Positions 30,354 through 40,460 of a DNA stretch of 64,000 nucleotides are shown here, piece by piece. The position numbers and the translations under genes were made by a program. Numbering within the stretch: the stretch's first letter is position 1; each line of letters starts with the position of its first letter. Below the pieces are notes generated by a model. The model was given only the letters and a program-made list of their open reading frames with translations. It made no database searches and was not told where the DNA came from. This DNA comes from Pseudomonadota bacterium. Lineage in GTDB: Bacteria; Bdellovibrionota; Bdellovibrionia; Bdellovibrionales; Bdellovibrionaceae. The stretch lies in the NCBI GenBank assembly GCA_041178425.1, contig JBEGVH010000006.1, positions 1 through 64,000 on the forward strand, given 5' to 3'.

Positions 30354-30905
30354 TTATTCCTTTTGTTTAGTCATAATGAATTTAATAAAAAAACCATCAG
30401 CGTCTTTTCGCATAAGTTGTAGAAAAGTGGCTTGTTTTTTTTGCGAGAGCCTTTGAAGACGGTAGAGAAACAGATGGGAGGTCCAATAAAAATCCCACGA
30501 GGACGCCTTGATATGGGTGTCGAGGCTAAACACCTCTTGCGAAGAAATTTCAGAGTATTCCAGAGACGGTGCGTTCGGGCGGGTCGTGAAGAGGCAGCCG
30601 GCCCTCAAGGGTAAGCTCGTATTAAAAAAACCAAATTGGTGATGGGGTTTGCTTTCTATGTAAATGGCGGAGCATCCGGGGAGTGCTTTTGCTTTTAATT
30701 CTGCAGCCGCATAAATGTCTTTGGGTGTGGAAAGGTCTTTCTGATCCAAAAGCGGTACTAAATACAGCACCGGGTAGAGCATGGAGTTGATGGCGAGAGC
30801 CTTAGCTTGTTTTTTCTCCTGATAAACAAGGAAGCTCATGCTTCCAAAACCAAAAAGGAATAGAAGCGTTGTCAGCCAGGGAATCGTTATGGACTTTTTC
30901 ATCAA
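30354..30905 (-). CDS. Hypothetical membrane-anchored protein
   Basis: N-terminal TM helix; start overlaps the stop of the HD-GYP gene. Confidence 0.55.
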   Translation of the reverse strand: MMKKSITIPWLTTLLFLFGFGSMSFLVYQEKKQAKALAINSMLYPVLYLVPLLDQKDLSTPKDIYAAAELKAKALPGCSAIYIESKPHHQFGFFNTSLPLRAGCLFTTRPNAPSLEYSEISSQEVFSLDTHIKASSWDFYWTSHLFLYRLQRLSQKKQATFLQLMRKDADGFFIKFIMTKQKE

Positions 30906-31855
30906 CCCGTTTTCTTCACATTAAAGAGAACAGAGTGCATGGCCTTCATCATTTCAGGATCAAAGCGACCTTTAATTTGCTCGATCATGAATTCAATCGC
31001 CTCGAGTGGTTTCTTGGGTTGATTGTAACTGCGTTGGGTGGTGAGCGCATCGTAAGTATCGGTGATGGCAACAATACGCGCAAAGGGATGAATTTCTTCT
31101 CCCACGAGTTGTTGCGGGTAACCATTTCCAGTGAAACTTTCGTGGTGCTCAAAGGCTGTTGCTTTGGCAGCGTCGGTCACATTGGGGTTTTGATCTAGAA
31201 TCACAAATCCAAATTGTGGATGCTGTTGCATGGCTGCCCACTCGTCTTTATCGAGAGGGCCTTTTTTGCAGAGAATATCTAAACTCACATTCCGTTTACC
31301 AATGTCGTGAAAGAGGGCGCCTAAGCCCAGCTCCTCCAGTTCTTTGGGCGTCATTCCAAGAACTTTTCCGAGTCCGAGGGCATAGATACTCACATCGAGA
31401 GAATGATTATAGGTATAAAAATCGTGGCCCGAGAGGCTAATGAGATGACCCATCGCCTCGGGTTCGGTCTCCATAAATGAGACAAAGTTATCAATAATCG
31501 GACGTGAGGAATCGAGCGCCACGTTAACATCGGGGTGTTCAAAAAGTTCTTCGACAAGAGCCACTGAGCTCTCGCGCAAGATTTGTGCTTTGACGCTCGC
31601 CGGGATATCTTCGGCGGTGATTTGTTGATGGATAAAGCTTTTATACGCTCCCCATTGGTCGGCCGAAACAAAGAAAAAGTCAGAATGAGACTTGGCGGCC
31701 AAACTGGCTAATTTTTGCGGAGTGATAATTTCTCCCTCGCGGAGATAAAGCGTGTAATGATTGTGGATAAAAACATAGATGTTAAAAGTCAAAGGCTTCG
31801 ACGGATGAATGCTCGTCAGTCGAATTTTGAGAAAACTGGCTTTTTCTTGACTCAT
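30902..31855 (-). CDS. HD-GYP cyclic dinucleotide phosphodiesterase (RxxN variant)
   Basis: YTYNHS, FHDIGK, HP..G, HHESFTGNGYP and DTYDALTTQRSYN motifs. Confidence 0.9.
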   Translation of the reverse strand: MSQEKASFLKIRLTSIHPSKPLTFNIYVFIHNHYTLYLREGEIITPQKLASLAAKSHSDFFFVSADQWGAYKSFIHQQITAEDIPASVKAQILRESSVALVEELFEHPDVNVALDSSRPIIDNFVSFMETEPEAMGHLISLSGHDFYTYNHSLDVSIYALGLGKVLGMTPKELEELGLGALFHDIGKRNVSLDILCKKGPLDKDEWAAMQQHPQFGFVILDQNPNVTDAAKATAFEHHESFTGNGYPQQLVGEEIHPFARIVAITDTYDALTTQRSYNQPKKPLEAIEFMIEQIKGRFDPEMMKAMHSVLFNVKKTG

Positions 31856-31911
31856 AAAATCAGTGTGCCATGGTCGATTTATCAGTGGAACAAAAAAGGG
31901 GAGTTTTGAGA

Positions 31912-33996
31912 GTGGAATACCAATTTGAAACTTCGGTCCAGTACCTAAAAGGGGTGGGGCCTCAACTTGGGACTAGACTACAGACTTGGGGTATTAAAAC
32001 CCTTGAAGATCTTATTGAATTTGTACCGCGGTCTTATCAGAATTGGAGAAAAGTCCAAAGGGTTAACGACATCCGCGAGGGCGATACCGTTGTTTTGCCT
32101 GCCACTCTCATGCGTATCAACAGCTATCGTCGCGGACCACAAAGAATTCACGAAATGCTATTTGAAGATTCCTTCGGGCACCGCTTTCGTGCTCGCTTTT
32201 TTCGACAACCCTTTTATGGGTATTTTGAACGGTTTCGGTGTCCGCAAAAGTTGTGGGTGATTGGCAAGCCATCGATTGCTCGAGGGGGATTTGAGTTTGC
32301 ACACCCCGAGTTGCGGGAGGCCGAAGAAGATCTTCTTGATGTTGATAAACTCGTTCCAGTGTACACAGAGACCACGGGGCTGAGTTCTCGCAAAATTCAC
32401 CAACTCATTGAACAGTCTTTTCAATTACTCAAAAATGCCGAGGCTTGGAGCGAGAAAGAGTATCTCCCTGCTTGGTTGCGAAAGAAATACGATCTCGTTT
32501 CGCGTGAGGACTCTTTGCGAACGCTCCATTTTCCGAAGATTGAATGGGCTCAAGAGTTTTTAGAGCGTCGCACCCCCGGCCATCGTCGATTGATTTTTGA
32601 GGATTTTTTTTGGATGGAATTAACCATAGCTATGAAAAAGTTATCCTACACGCGTGAGCACTGTCTTCCGCTGAAGGGCTCTGGTGTGTTGCAAACAAAA
32701 CTTAAGGAAAAGCTTCCCTTTGAGTTAACGAAGTCTCAGGTTGAAGCCATTCAAGAAATTGCAAACGAACTCGAACGCGACACTCCAATGAATCGACTCT
32801 TACAAGGGGATGTGGGGAGCGGAAAAACTCTGGTGTTTTTTTTCTCCATTCTGCAAACGATCGAAGCGGGAGCTCAAGCCGCTCTGATGGCACCCACCGA
32901 AATTTTGGCCGAGCAACATTACCGCAATGCACAGAACTTTTTTGCTGGTTTACCGATAAAGTTGGCTCTCCTGACTTCAAAAACAAAAACAGAAGACCGC
33001 AAGCAGATACTTGCGGATTTAAAAAACGGCACTCTCTCTATAATTATTGGGACTCACGCCCTCATTGAAGACGACGTTCAGTTTTCTCGTTTGGGCTTTA
33101 TTGTTGTTGATGAACAGCATCGTTTTGGCGTGGATCAGCGGCGTCGATTGCAAGAGAAGGGTTTGTCGCCTCATCGGTTATTAGTCACGGCCACGCCCAT
33201 TCCGCGTACTTTAGCAATGACGGCTTATGGGGACCTCGAGGTGAGTGTCTTAAGAGAAAAACCTCCAGGGCGATCCCCGATCACCAGTAAACAAATGGAA
33301 GAGCGGCAACGCCCTCTGATGATGGAGTTTTTGTTAAAGCAGTTAGAGCAGGGTCGCCAAGCTTATTTTGTTTATCCACTTGTTGCGGAGAGCGAAAAAC
33401 TCGATTTAAAAAGTGCCACCGAGGCCTTTGACAATTTAAAAGCGGAATATCCGCAGATTCGTTGGGGACTTCTTCATGGCAAAATGAAGTCTCAAGATAA
33501 AGACGCCATCATGCAAGACTTTCGCGCGGGCAAAATTCAAGTTCTCGTTAGCACGACTGTGATTGAAGTGGGTGTTGATGTTCCAAATGCCGTCATTATG
33601 GTGATTGAGCACGCTGAGAGATTTGGTTTGTCTCAGCTTCATCAGCTGCGAGGCCGAGTGGGGCGAGGGGCGGCAAAGAGCTACTGCTTATTTGCTGTTG
33701 GTTACAAAGTGTCGCACGAGGCGAGACAGCGACTTCAACTCATGTGTGAAACCGAGGATGGGTTTAGAATTGCCGAAGCCGATCTTGAATGGCGGGGGCC
33801 GGGTGAATTTTTAGGAGCTAAGCAGTCTGGTCTCTCCGGATTTCGTTGGGCCGATCTTCTCAAAGACCAAGAAATGCTCATGCTGGCGCGTCAAGCGGTG
33901 CAGGAGCTTTTTATTCAGGATCCCGACTTCAAGCAGCCGGAGCATCGGGCTCTGAAGGCCTACTGGCAGCGACTTCCCTGGATTCATGTATCATAA
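31912..33996 (+). CDS. recG: ATP-dependent DNA helicase RecG
   Basis: QGDVGSGKT, DEQHRFG, TATPIPRTL, QLRGRVGRG and RGPGE motifs. Confidence 0.96.
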   Translation: MEYQFETSVQYLKGVGPQLGTRLQTWGIKTLEDLIEFVPRSYQNWRKVQRVNDIREGDTVVLPATLMRINSYRRGPQRIHEMLFEDSFGHRFRARFFRQPFYGYFERFRCPQKLWVIGKPSIARGGFEFAHPELREAEEDLLDVDKLVPVYTETTGLSSRKIHQLIEQSFQLLKNAEAWSEKEYLPAWLRKKYDLVSREDSLRTLHFPKIEWAQEFLERRTPGHRRLIFEDFFWMELTIAMKKLSYTREHCLPLKGSGVLQTKLKEKLPFELTKSQVEAIQEIANELERDTPMNRLLQGDVGSGKTLVFFFSILQTIEAGAQAALMAPTEILAEQHYRNAQNFFAGLPIKLALLTSKTKTEDRKQILADLKNGTLSIIIGTHALIEDDVQFSRLGFIVVDEQHRFGVDQRRRLQEKGLSPHRLLVTATPIPRTLAMTAYGDLEVSVLREKPPGRSPITSKQMEERQRPLMMEFLLKQLEQGRQAYFVYPLVAESEKLDLKSATEAFDNLKAEYPQIRWGLLHGKMKSQDKDAIMQDFRAGKIQVLVSTTVIEVGVDVPNAVIMVIEHAERFGLSQLHQLRGRVGRGAAKSYCLFAVGYKVSHEARQRLQLMCETEDGFRIAEADLEWRGPGEFLGAKQSGLSGFRWADLLKDQEMLMLARQAVQELFIQDPDFKQPEHRALKAYWQRLPWIHVS

Positions 33997-34382
33997 AAAA
34001 AAGTTTCATCGGGCAAGTGAAGCCAGCAGGTGTGCAACTTTTTAGGGAACAAAACATAACGCGTTTAATTATAAAAAAAATTTATAGATCAGATCAATCT
34101 GGCGCCGAGAATTTAAGATTCTGACAGATAATTCACTTTTTGGGCAGAAGACCAAAAAAATCCGTATCATCGATAAGTTATTGAAATAACGTAGAAACAC
34201 CAGAGCACTGGTGCCAAAATGGGTTTTTGCCTAGCATTTAAGCTTAGGGACTGAAGATAAATCAAGCACTGCTAGTGAAGAAGTGTTTGAAAACACTATG
34301 ATTTTTTTCTTGGCTTGAGAATGTAGAAGATGTTTCTTTGTTTCAGAGGACTATAAGGTCCACGATTTAAAGGGGGGGCTAA

Positions 34383-36512
34383 ATGAAAAAAGCTCATGTT
34401 CTAGTAGGGCTATCTTTGGGGTTGGCATTGGGAACTGCTAACTCTGTATGGGCTGGCGATAAATTATTTCTTCGCTCTGGCGTTGTTAATCCTAAAACTT
34501 TCAATCCTGGTTATGCCGCTACTTTGGGCGTCAATGGGCTCAGTGAATCCATTGTGCAGTTCAAATCGATTCCAGGTGAATCAGATAAAGCGGCTCTTAT
34601 CTCTCGCGGACTTCAAGTTTTTAAATACCTTCCAGACGACGCCTACATTGTACGCGGCAGCCAAGAAAGCCTCGCGGCGGCAAAACGCCTCTCTCAAGTG
34701 AATGCAGTTATTCCATACACTGCAGCGATGAAGATGAGTCCTGATTTTGGAGCCTTCAGCGTATTCACTGCCAAAAAGAACGAAAATGTTTTGATTAAAA
34801 CTTTCAAAGCAACGGATACCAATGCCGTTGTCGAAGGAATGAATAAGATATCATCTGATATTCGCATTCTTAATGCTCAAGGCAACTCTATTTTAGCCAA
34901 CGTCCCTCAAGACACTGTGCTAGTTGTCGCTGGATTGGCTGGTATCGAACACGTTCAACCATATGTAAAAGTAAAGCTCTGGGGCGATTTCGATCTTATG
35001 GAAGGATCTGGTTCTAATCCTCCAGCGACTCCCGGTGATTACTCAGATCTTTCAGGAACAGAAGACGGAACGCGCGTGATGAATTTTACTGCGGGTTGGT
35101 CTCAAGGATTGACGGGTCGCGGACAAATCGTTGCGATGGCAGACACTGGGGTTGATACTGGTGACGTAAATACAATTCATGACGACTTAAAAGGTTCTAT
35201 CAAGAGTGGTTACGCTTACGGAATGTTTGCTCGTACCTGGGAAGATCCAATGGGTCATGGAACTCACGTTGCGGGATCAATTGTAGGTCGCGGTACTGCT
35301 TCAGGCGGTCGTATTCGTGGGGGCGCTTACGAGGCTGGCTTCGTTGCTCAAGGGATGTGGAGCCCAACTCTCGAAAACCTCACAGTTCCACCACAGTTGA
35401 AGACACTATTTGAAGCGGCCTATAATGATGGCGCTCGCATTCATTCAAACTCTTGGGGTGCGGCTCGTAACTTTGGAGCGTATGATAACTTCGCGGTTCA
35501 GGTTGATGAATATGTTTGGGAACACCCTGATATGCTTCCTATCTTTGCTGCTGGTAATAGCGGAACAGACAAAGATAAAGATGGTCGTATCGATGCAAAC
35601 TCTATTAGCTCTCCAGGAACAGCGAAGAACTGTTTAACTGTTGGTGCTTCTGAAAACGTAAACTCTCACGGTGGAATTCAGGCGCAGATTAAGAAATTGC
35701 GTGCAGCGGCGGAAGCGTGGCCTGCAGAGCCAATTTCAAGCGACTATTTGTCAAACAACATGAACGGTTTGGCGATGTTCTCTTCGCGTGGTCCTACTCT
35801 TGATGGCCGTACAAAGCCAGATGTTGTTGCTCCAGGCACAAACATTTTGAGTCTTCGTTCATCGGTTGAAGGCGCTAGTGATATGTGGGGAGCTTACAAC
35901 AAGCTTTACACCTATGCTGGTGGTACTTCGATGGCAACGCCCCTCACAGCAGGCGCGGCAGCTCTCGCTCGTCAAAAATTAGTGGGAATGGGTGAAAGTA
36001 ATCCATCAGCAGCTCTCGTGAAAGGGATGTTAATGCATACAGCTGTTGATATGTTCCCCGGTCAATTCGGTGAGGTGGGTGCAGCTCGTGGACAAGAACT
36101 TCTTACACACAGACCAAATTCTGACGAAGGATATGGCCGTGTTGACGTGGCTCGAGTTTCTCAACTTCCTTTGCGCGTGATCGACGAAAAAGCGGGAGTA
36201 GCTCAAGGGCAGGAGTTGGCTTATCAAATCACTCTTAATCAGCGTCCAGGAAAATTCTGGGTCACGCTTGTTTACTCAGACGCTCCGGCGGCGGCGAGCG
36301 CGGCGAAGACTCTTGTGAATGATTTGACATTGGTGGTGACAAATCCTCAAGGTCAGAAGCTTGCGGTTAATGATGCTGTTAACAATGGCGAAATGATTGA
36401 AATCGAAAACGCTACCGAAGGAACTTACACAATCACTGTTAAAGGTGATCGCGTTCCTCAAGGCAAAGACGGCAAACAGCCATTCGCTCTTTTGATTTCT
36501 TCATCGAACTAA
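34383..36512 (+). CDS. Secreted S8 subtilisin-like protease (KP-43-like) with C-terminal beta domain
   Basis: Signal peptide; DTG, HGTHVAG and GTSMATP triad; AAGN oxyanion motif. Confidence 0.92.
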   Translation: MKKAHVLVGLSLGLALGTANSVWAGDKLFLRSGVVNPKTFNPGYAATLGVNGLSESIVQFKSIPGESDKAALISRGLQVFKYLPDDAYIVRGSQESLAAAKRLSQVNAVIPYTAAMKMSPDFGAFSVFTAKKNENVLIKTFKATDTNAVVEGMNKISSDIRILNAQGNSILANVPQDTVLVVAGLAGIEHVQPYVKVKLWGDFDLMEGSGSNPPATPGDYSDLSGTEDGTRVMNFTAGWSQGLTGRGQIVAMADTGVDTGDVNTIHDDLKGSIKSGYAYGMFARTWEDPMGHGTHVAGSIVGRGTASGGRIRGGAYEAGFVAQGMWSPTLENLTVPPQLKTLFEAAYNDGARIHSNSWGAARNFGAYDNFAVQVDEYVWEHPDMLPIFAAGNSGTDKDKDGRIDANSISSPGTAKNCLTVGASENVNSHGGIQAQIKKLRAAAEAWPAEPISSDYLSNNMNGLAMFSSRGPTLDGRTKPDVVAPGTNILSLRSSVEGASDMWGAYNKLYTYAGGTSMATPLTAGAAALARQKLVGMGESNPSAALVKGMLMHTAVDMFPGQFGEVGAARGQELLTHRPNSDEGYGRVDVARVSQLPLRVIDEKAGVAQGQELAYQITLNQRPGKFWVTLVYSDAPAAASAAKTLVNDLTLVVTNPQGQKLAVNDAVNNGEMIEIENATEGTYTITVKGDRVPQGKDGKQPFALLISSSN

Positions 36513-36549
36513 GCGTTGAAATAGGCGCGTTTTATTACGAATTCCTATC

Positions 36550-36582
36550 AAAGCCCCTTCTTAGCAGAAGGGGCTTTTTTTT
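36550..36582 (+). terminator. Intrinsic terminator
   Basis: AAAGCCCCTTC / GAAGGGGCTTT stem followed by a T run. Confidence 0.85.
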
Positions 36583-36799
36583 GCTTCGGATATGGGAGTG
36601 GGCAGTCCATTTACTAGCCCTCGTTGAGTTTCCTCTTAATCGAGAAACACCTCCCGGTAGCTAGGAAACGCTTTATTTCTGTTAATTTGGGCCTCTGAAT
36701 CGATTTTCTAACGCGTGTGTCGCGCGTTTTTGGGGACGGAGCTGCTTTTTGGCTTTTAACTGCAGTGTTGAGTGAGCAAATAAAAATTAAGTAAAATCA

Positions 36800-36919
36800 T
36801 TGAGTTAAACAGGAGTTGTGGTATAAGGTTAAACCCTTCTAGGGGGCAATTTTCGGAATTACAGCTTTCTAAAAAATCTTTCCGGAAAAATTGATAAAAC
36901 GTGTCAATTGTGCTATAAG
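36800..36919 (+). promoter_or_regulatory. Two tandem sigma70-type extended -10 promoters upstream of carD
   Basis: TTGAGT-N16-TATAAG (36800-36827) and TTGATA-N17-TATAAG (36891-36919); both have TGn directly before the -10. Confidence 0.5.
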
Positions 36920-36961
36920 TGAGCGCTCTCTTCTTTAAGAAGGGTGTTCGGAGGACCGTCT

Positions 36962-37447
36962 ATGGAAGCTTTTAAAGTTGGTGATAACGCTGTTTATCCT
37001 GGGCATGGAGTAGGGAAGGTGGTCTCAATCGATACCAAGGAGATCCTTGGACAGAAGAAGACCTTTTACTCAATCCAGATTCTTGATAGCGGTATGAAGA
37101 TCATGGTTCCACTTGATAACGTTAAGTCAGTAGGCTTGCGCCCTATCATCTCTTCAACAGAAGCAGCAGAAGTTCTTACTATTCTTAAAATGACTGAAGT
37201 TAAAATTGATAATCAAACATGGAATCGTCGTTACCGCGAGTATATGGAAAAGATTAAAACAGGTTCTGTTTTTGAAATCGCTGCTGTTTTGCGAGACCTT
37301 TTCCTACTTAAAGTTGATAAAGAATTAAGCTTTGGTGAGCGAAAAATGTTGGATACCGCTCGCGGACTTCTGATGAAGGAGTTGACTCTGGCAACCACTC
37401 AAGAAGAATTAGCAAAAGAAGAAGTTAAAGCAATATTCGGTCTTTGA
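36962..37447 (+). CDS. carD: CarD/CdnL-family RNA polymerase-binding factor
   Basis: FKVGD.AVYPGHGVG, WNRRYRE and LSFGERKML motifs; GGAGG RBS. Confidence 0.93.
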   Translation: MEAFKVGDNAVYPGHGVGKVVSIDTKEILGQKKTFYSIQILDSGMKIMVPLDNVKSVGLRPIISSTEAAEVLTILKMTEVKIDNQTWNRRYREYMEKIKTGSVFEIAAVLRDLFLLKVDKELSFGERKMLDTARGLLMKELTLATTQEELAKEEVKAIFGL

Positions 37448-37472
37448 TTTTTAAGAGGCTTAGAGGCAAAGT

Positions 37473-37511
37473 AAAGCCATAACACTATCCGTGTTATGGC
37501 TTTTGTTTTTT
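37473..37511 (+). terminator. Terminator-like hairpin between carD and gltX
   Basis: 13-bp stem AAAGCCATAACAC / GTGTTATGGCTTT followed by TGTTTTTT. Confidence 0.7.
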
Positions 37512-37520
37512 GGGGGTATC

Positions 37521-39002
37521 ATGTCGGAAAAGTCGGAAGTAAGAGTTCGTTTTGCACCTAGCCCAACTGGTTATTTGCACGTGGGTGGCGCTAGAACAGC
37601 GCTTTTCAATTATTTGTATGCGCGCAACCAAGGTGGAAAATTTATTCTCCGAATCGAGGACACCGATCAAGCCCGCTCCACTGAAGAATCCTTAAAAATT
37701 ATCGTTCAAGACTTGAAATGGCTTGGTTTGCAATGGGATGAAGGTCCCGATGCAGAAACTCTCAAAGACCACGGCGATTACGGTCCTTATTATCAAAGTC
37801 GTCGTCTCGATATCTATGCTAAATATGCCAACCAATTACTGAAGGAAGGCAAAGCCTATTACTGTTTTTTGACCGACGAAGAAATCGAAGTTCAACGTGA
37901 ACAGGCCCTTAAAGCCGGTCGCCCACCGCAAGTTCAGAGCCCTTATGAAGACTGGTCTCTCGAAAAAGCACAAGCTCATATGCAAGAAAAGGGTGTAAAA
38001 GGCGTCGTTCGTTTTAAAACTCGTCATCTCAAGAAAGATTATATTTTTAATGATCTCATTCGTGGAGAAGTCAAATTCCCATCCGATATGGTGGGAGATT
38101 TTGTGCTCCTTCGTTCGGATGGAATGCCAGTTTACAACTTCTGTTGCGTCGTTGATGATGCATTAATGAAAATCTCCCACGTACTTCGTGCAGAGGAGCA
38201 TCTTCCGAACACACTTCGTCAGCTGATGATCTATGAAGCTTGTGGATGGAAAACTCCACAATTTGGGCATATGTCTTTAATTCTCAATGAAGAACGCCAA
38301 AAACTCAGTAAGCGTCATGGCGCGGTTTCTTGCGCTGAATTCAAAGAGCTCGGCTTTCTTCCTGAAGCGCTCAATAATTTTTTAGCGCTCTTGGGTTGGA
38401 GTTCACCAGAAGGTAAGGAAGTTCTTTCGATGGATGAAATGAAAAATCAGTTCTCGCTTGATCGTTTGAATCCGGCCGGAGCAGTTTTTGATATTAAAAA
38501 GTTGCGTTGGATGAACTCTGTTTATCTTCGGGCGTTGCCTGAAGCTGATCTATGGAGGCGCGTAGAGCCGTTTCTTCAAACGGCGGGCCTTGAGCTTCCG
38601 CAAGATAAAGTATGGCAAGAAAATGCTCTGAAGGTTTTCAAAACGTCAATGGAAGTTTTAAAGGACGCTGAAGAGCTCTTTAAACCCATTTGCGATAAGC
38701 ATTTTGCTATCACCGAAGAAGCGAATGAAGCTCTTTCATGGGAATCGAGCCGTGCGGTTTTACAGGTTTGGTTGAAAAATCTTGAGGCCCGTACCGCAGA
38801 TTATATGACGGAAGCGGAATTCTTGGCTCTTCAGGAAGTGGTCAAAAATGAGACGGGTGCCAAGGGCAAAAATCTTTTTATGCCCCTACGCGTGGCTGTC
38901 ATCGGAAAGCCTCACGGAGCTGAATTAAAAATTCTCGTTCCTTTGTTGGGGCGTCGTTCTCTCATTCATCGTGCACAACAAGTTTTGAAGAAGTGGGTTT
39001 AA
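37521..39002 (+). CDS. gltX: Glutamyl-tRNA synthetase
   Basis: RFAPSPTGYLHVGG, LRIEDTD and KLSKR motifs. Confidence 0.96.
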   Translation: MSEKSEVRVRFAPSPTGYLHVGGARTALFNYLYARNQGGKFILRIEDTDQARSTEESLKIIVQDLKWLGLQWDEGPDAETLKDHGDYGPYYQSRRLDIYAKYANQLLKEGKAYYCFLTDEEIEVQREQALKAGRPPQVQSPYEDWSLEKAQAHMQEKGVKGVVRFKTRHLKKDYIFNDLIRGEVKFPSDMVGDFVLLRSDGMPVYNFCCVVDDALMKISHVLRAEEHLPNTLRQLMIYEACGWKTPQFGHMSLILNEERQKLSKRHGAVSCAEFKELGFLPEALNNFLALLGWSSPEGKEVLSMDEMKNQFSLDRLNPAGAVFDIKKLRWMNSVYLRALPEADLWRRVEPFLQTAGLELPQDKVWQENALKVFKTSMEVLKDAEELFKPICDKHFAITEEANEALSWESSRAVLQVWLKNLEARTADYMTEAEFLALQEVVKNETGAKGKNLFMPLRVAVIGKPHGAELKILVPLLGRRSLIHRAQQVLKKWV

Positions 39003-39005
39003 TCG

Positions 39006-40460
39006 ATGTCACTCGTTGTTTATAATAGTCTCTCGCGAAAGAAAGAAGCCTTTCAAAGCTTGGTTCCTGGCCACGTAAAGATGTATTGTTGTGGACCAAC
39101 GGTTTATGACCTTCTGCATGTTGGAAATTTTCGCGGCGCTATTTTTTACAACTTCGTTCGTCATTGGCTCGAGTATCTCGGATACCAAACAACCTTTGTT
39201 TACAATTACACCGATGTGGATGATAAGATCATTCGCCGGGCTCAAGAGGAAAAGGTTACCAGCGAGTCGGTGGCCGAGCGTTTTATTGCTGAGTTTGAAA
39301 AAGACTTTGCGACTCTTGGCTTGAGAAAGCATGACTTTAATCCGCGGGTTACTCAGCACATTGACTCAATCATTGAAATCATAAAAGTTCTTGTCGAAAA
39401 AGAAAAAGCCTACGTTGTTAACGGTGAGGTACTTTATAGTATTGCGGCCTTTCCTGAGTACGGCAAGCTCAGTGGTCGTAATCCTGAAGAACTCATAGCC
39501 GGCGCTCGAGTCGAGGTTGATCAGCGAAAACGCAATCCTTTGGACTTTGCGCTTTGGAAACCCTCAAAGCCTGGGGAGCCCAGTTGGGAGAGTCCGTGGG
39601 GACCGGGACGTCCTGGTTGGCATATTGAATGCTCAGCGATGGTTCGAAGTATTCTTGGTGACCAAATCGATATTCATGGTGGCGGTTCTGATCTGATATT
39701 TCCTCATCACGAAAACGAAATTGCTCAGAGCGAAGGCTGTACGGGGCATGCACTTGCTCGCTATTGGATTCATAACAATATGTTTACGTTTAGTGGCCAA
39801 AAAATGTCGAAGTCGCTGGGTAACATTTGGCGGGCGCGGGAATTTCTCCAAGAGTACAACGCTGAGATTTATAAATACATGGTATTGAGTGTTCACTATC
39901 GAAGCTTGGCGGAGTTCTCCGAAGGAACGGCAGAGCTTGCGATTAAGGCTCTTGCGCGGATTTACTCTTCGCTGAGTTTGGCTGAGAGCTTGTTGAAAGA
40001 GACGGGCGAAGAGGCTCCTCACCCTGAGTGGGAATTAAAACTCAAGACTGCTTGGTCTAAGATTGAAGAGACCCTCAACGACGATTTTGGAACGCCCGAA
40101 GCTTTTGCACAGATTTTTGATTTGGTTCGCGATTTTAACAACCAAGTTCGTCGCGGCATGAAGCTGACGCCAAAAATGCGCACAGTCATTCGTCAATACG
40201 TTGAGTTCATCCGTAAGTTTGGAGCTCTCTTGGCGCTGTTTCAACAAGATGCCTCGCAATTTTTAATCGACCTCGATGATCGTCTCTTGCTTAAGAAAAA
40301 TCTGAAACGAGAGGATATTGACCGTTTGGTGATGGAACGCCAAAAAATCAGGGAAGCGAAAGATTTTAAACGGGCTGATGAATTAAGAGTGGAGTTAACC
40401 GCGCTGGGAATCCAGGTGGCAGACACTCCCCAGGGGTCATTTTGGGAAGTGCAAAAGTAA
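39006..40460 (+). CDS. cysS: Cysteinyl-tRNA synthetase
   Basis: [27 protein letters not shown] and KMSKS motifs. Confidence 0.97.
   Translation: MSLVVYNSLSRKKEAFQSLVPGHVKMYCCGPTVYDLLHVGNFRGAIFYNFVRHWLEYLGYQTTFVYNYTDVDDKIIRRAQEEKVTSESVAERFIAEFEKDFATLGLRKHDFNPRVTQHIDSIIEIIKVLVEKEKAYVVNGEVLYSIAAFPEYGKLSGRNPEELIAGARVEVDQRKRNPLDFALWKPSKPGEPSWESPWGPGRPGWHIECSAMVRSILGDQIDIHGGGSDLIFPHHENEIAQSEGCTGHALARYWIHNNMFTFSGQKMSKSLGNIWRAREFLQEYNAEIYKYMVLSVHYRSLAEFSEGTAELAIKALARIYSSLSLAESLLKETGEEAPHPEWELKLKTAWSKIEETLNDDFGTPEAFAQIFDLVRDFNNQVRRGMKLTPKMRTVIRQYVEFIRKFGALLALFQQDASQFLIDLDDRLLLKKNLKREDIDRLVMERQKIREAKDFKRADELRVELTALGIQVADTPQGSFWEVQK

Noticed and set aside
37447..37521. T-box riboswitch ahead of gltX/cysS
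   Set aside because: Spacer is only about 73 nt, with no T-box consensus or Stem I.
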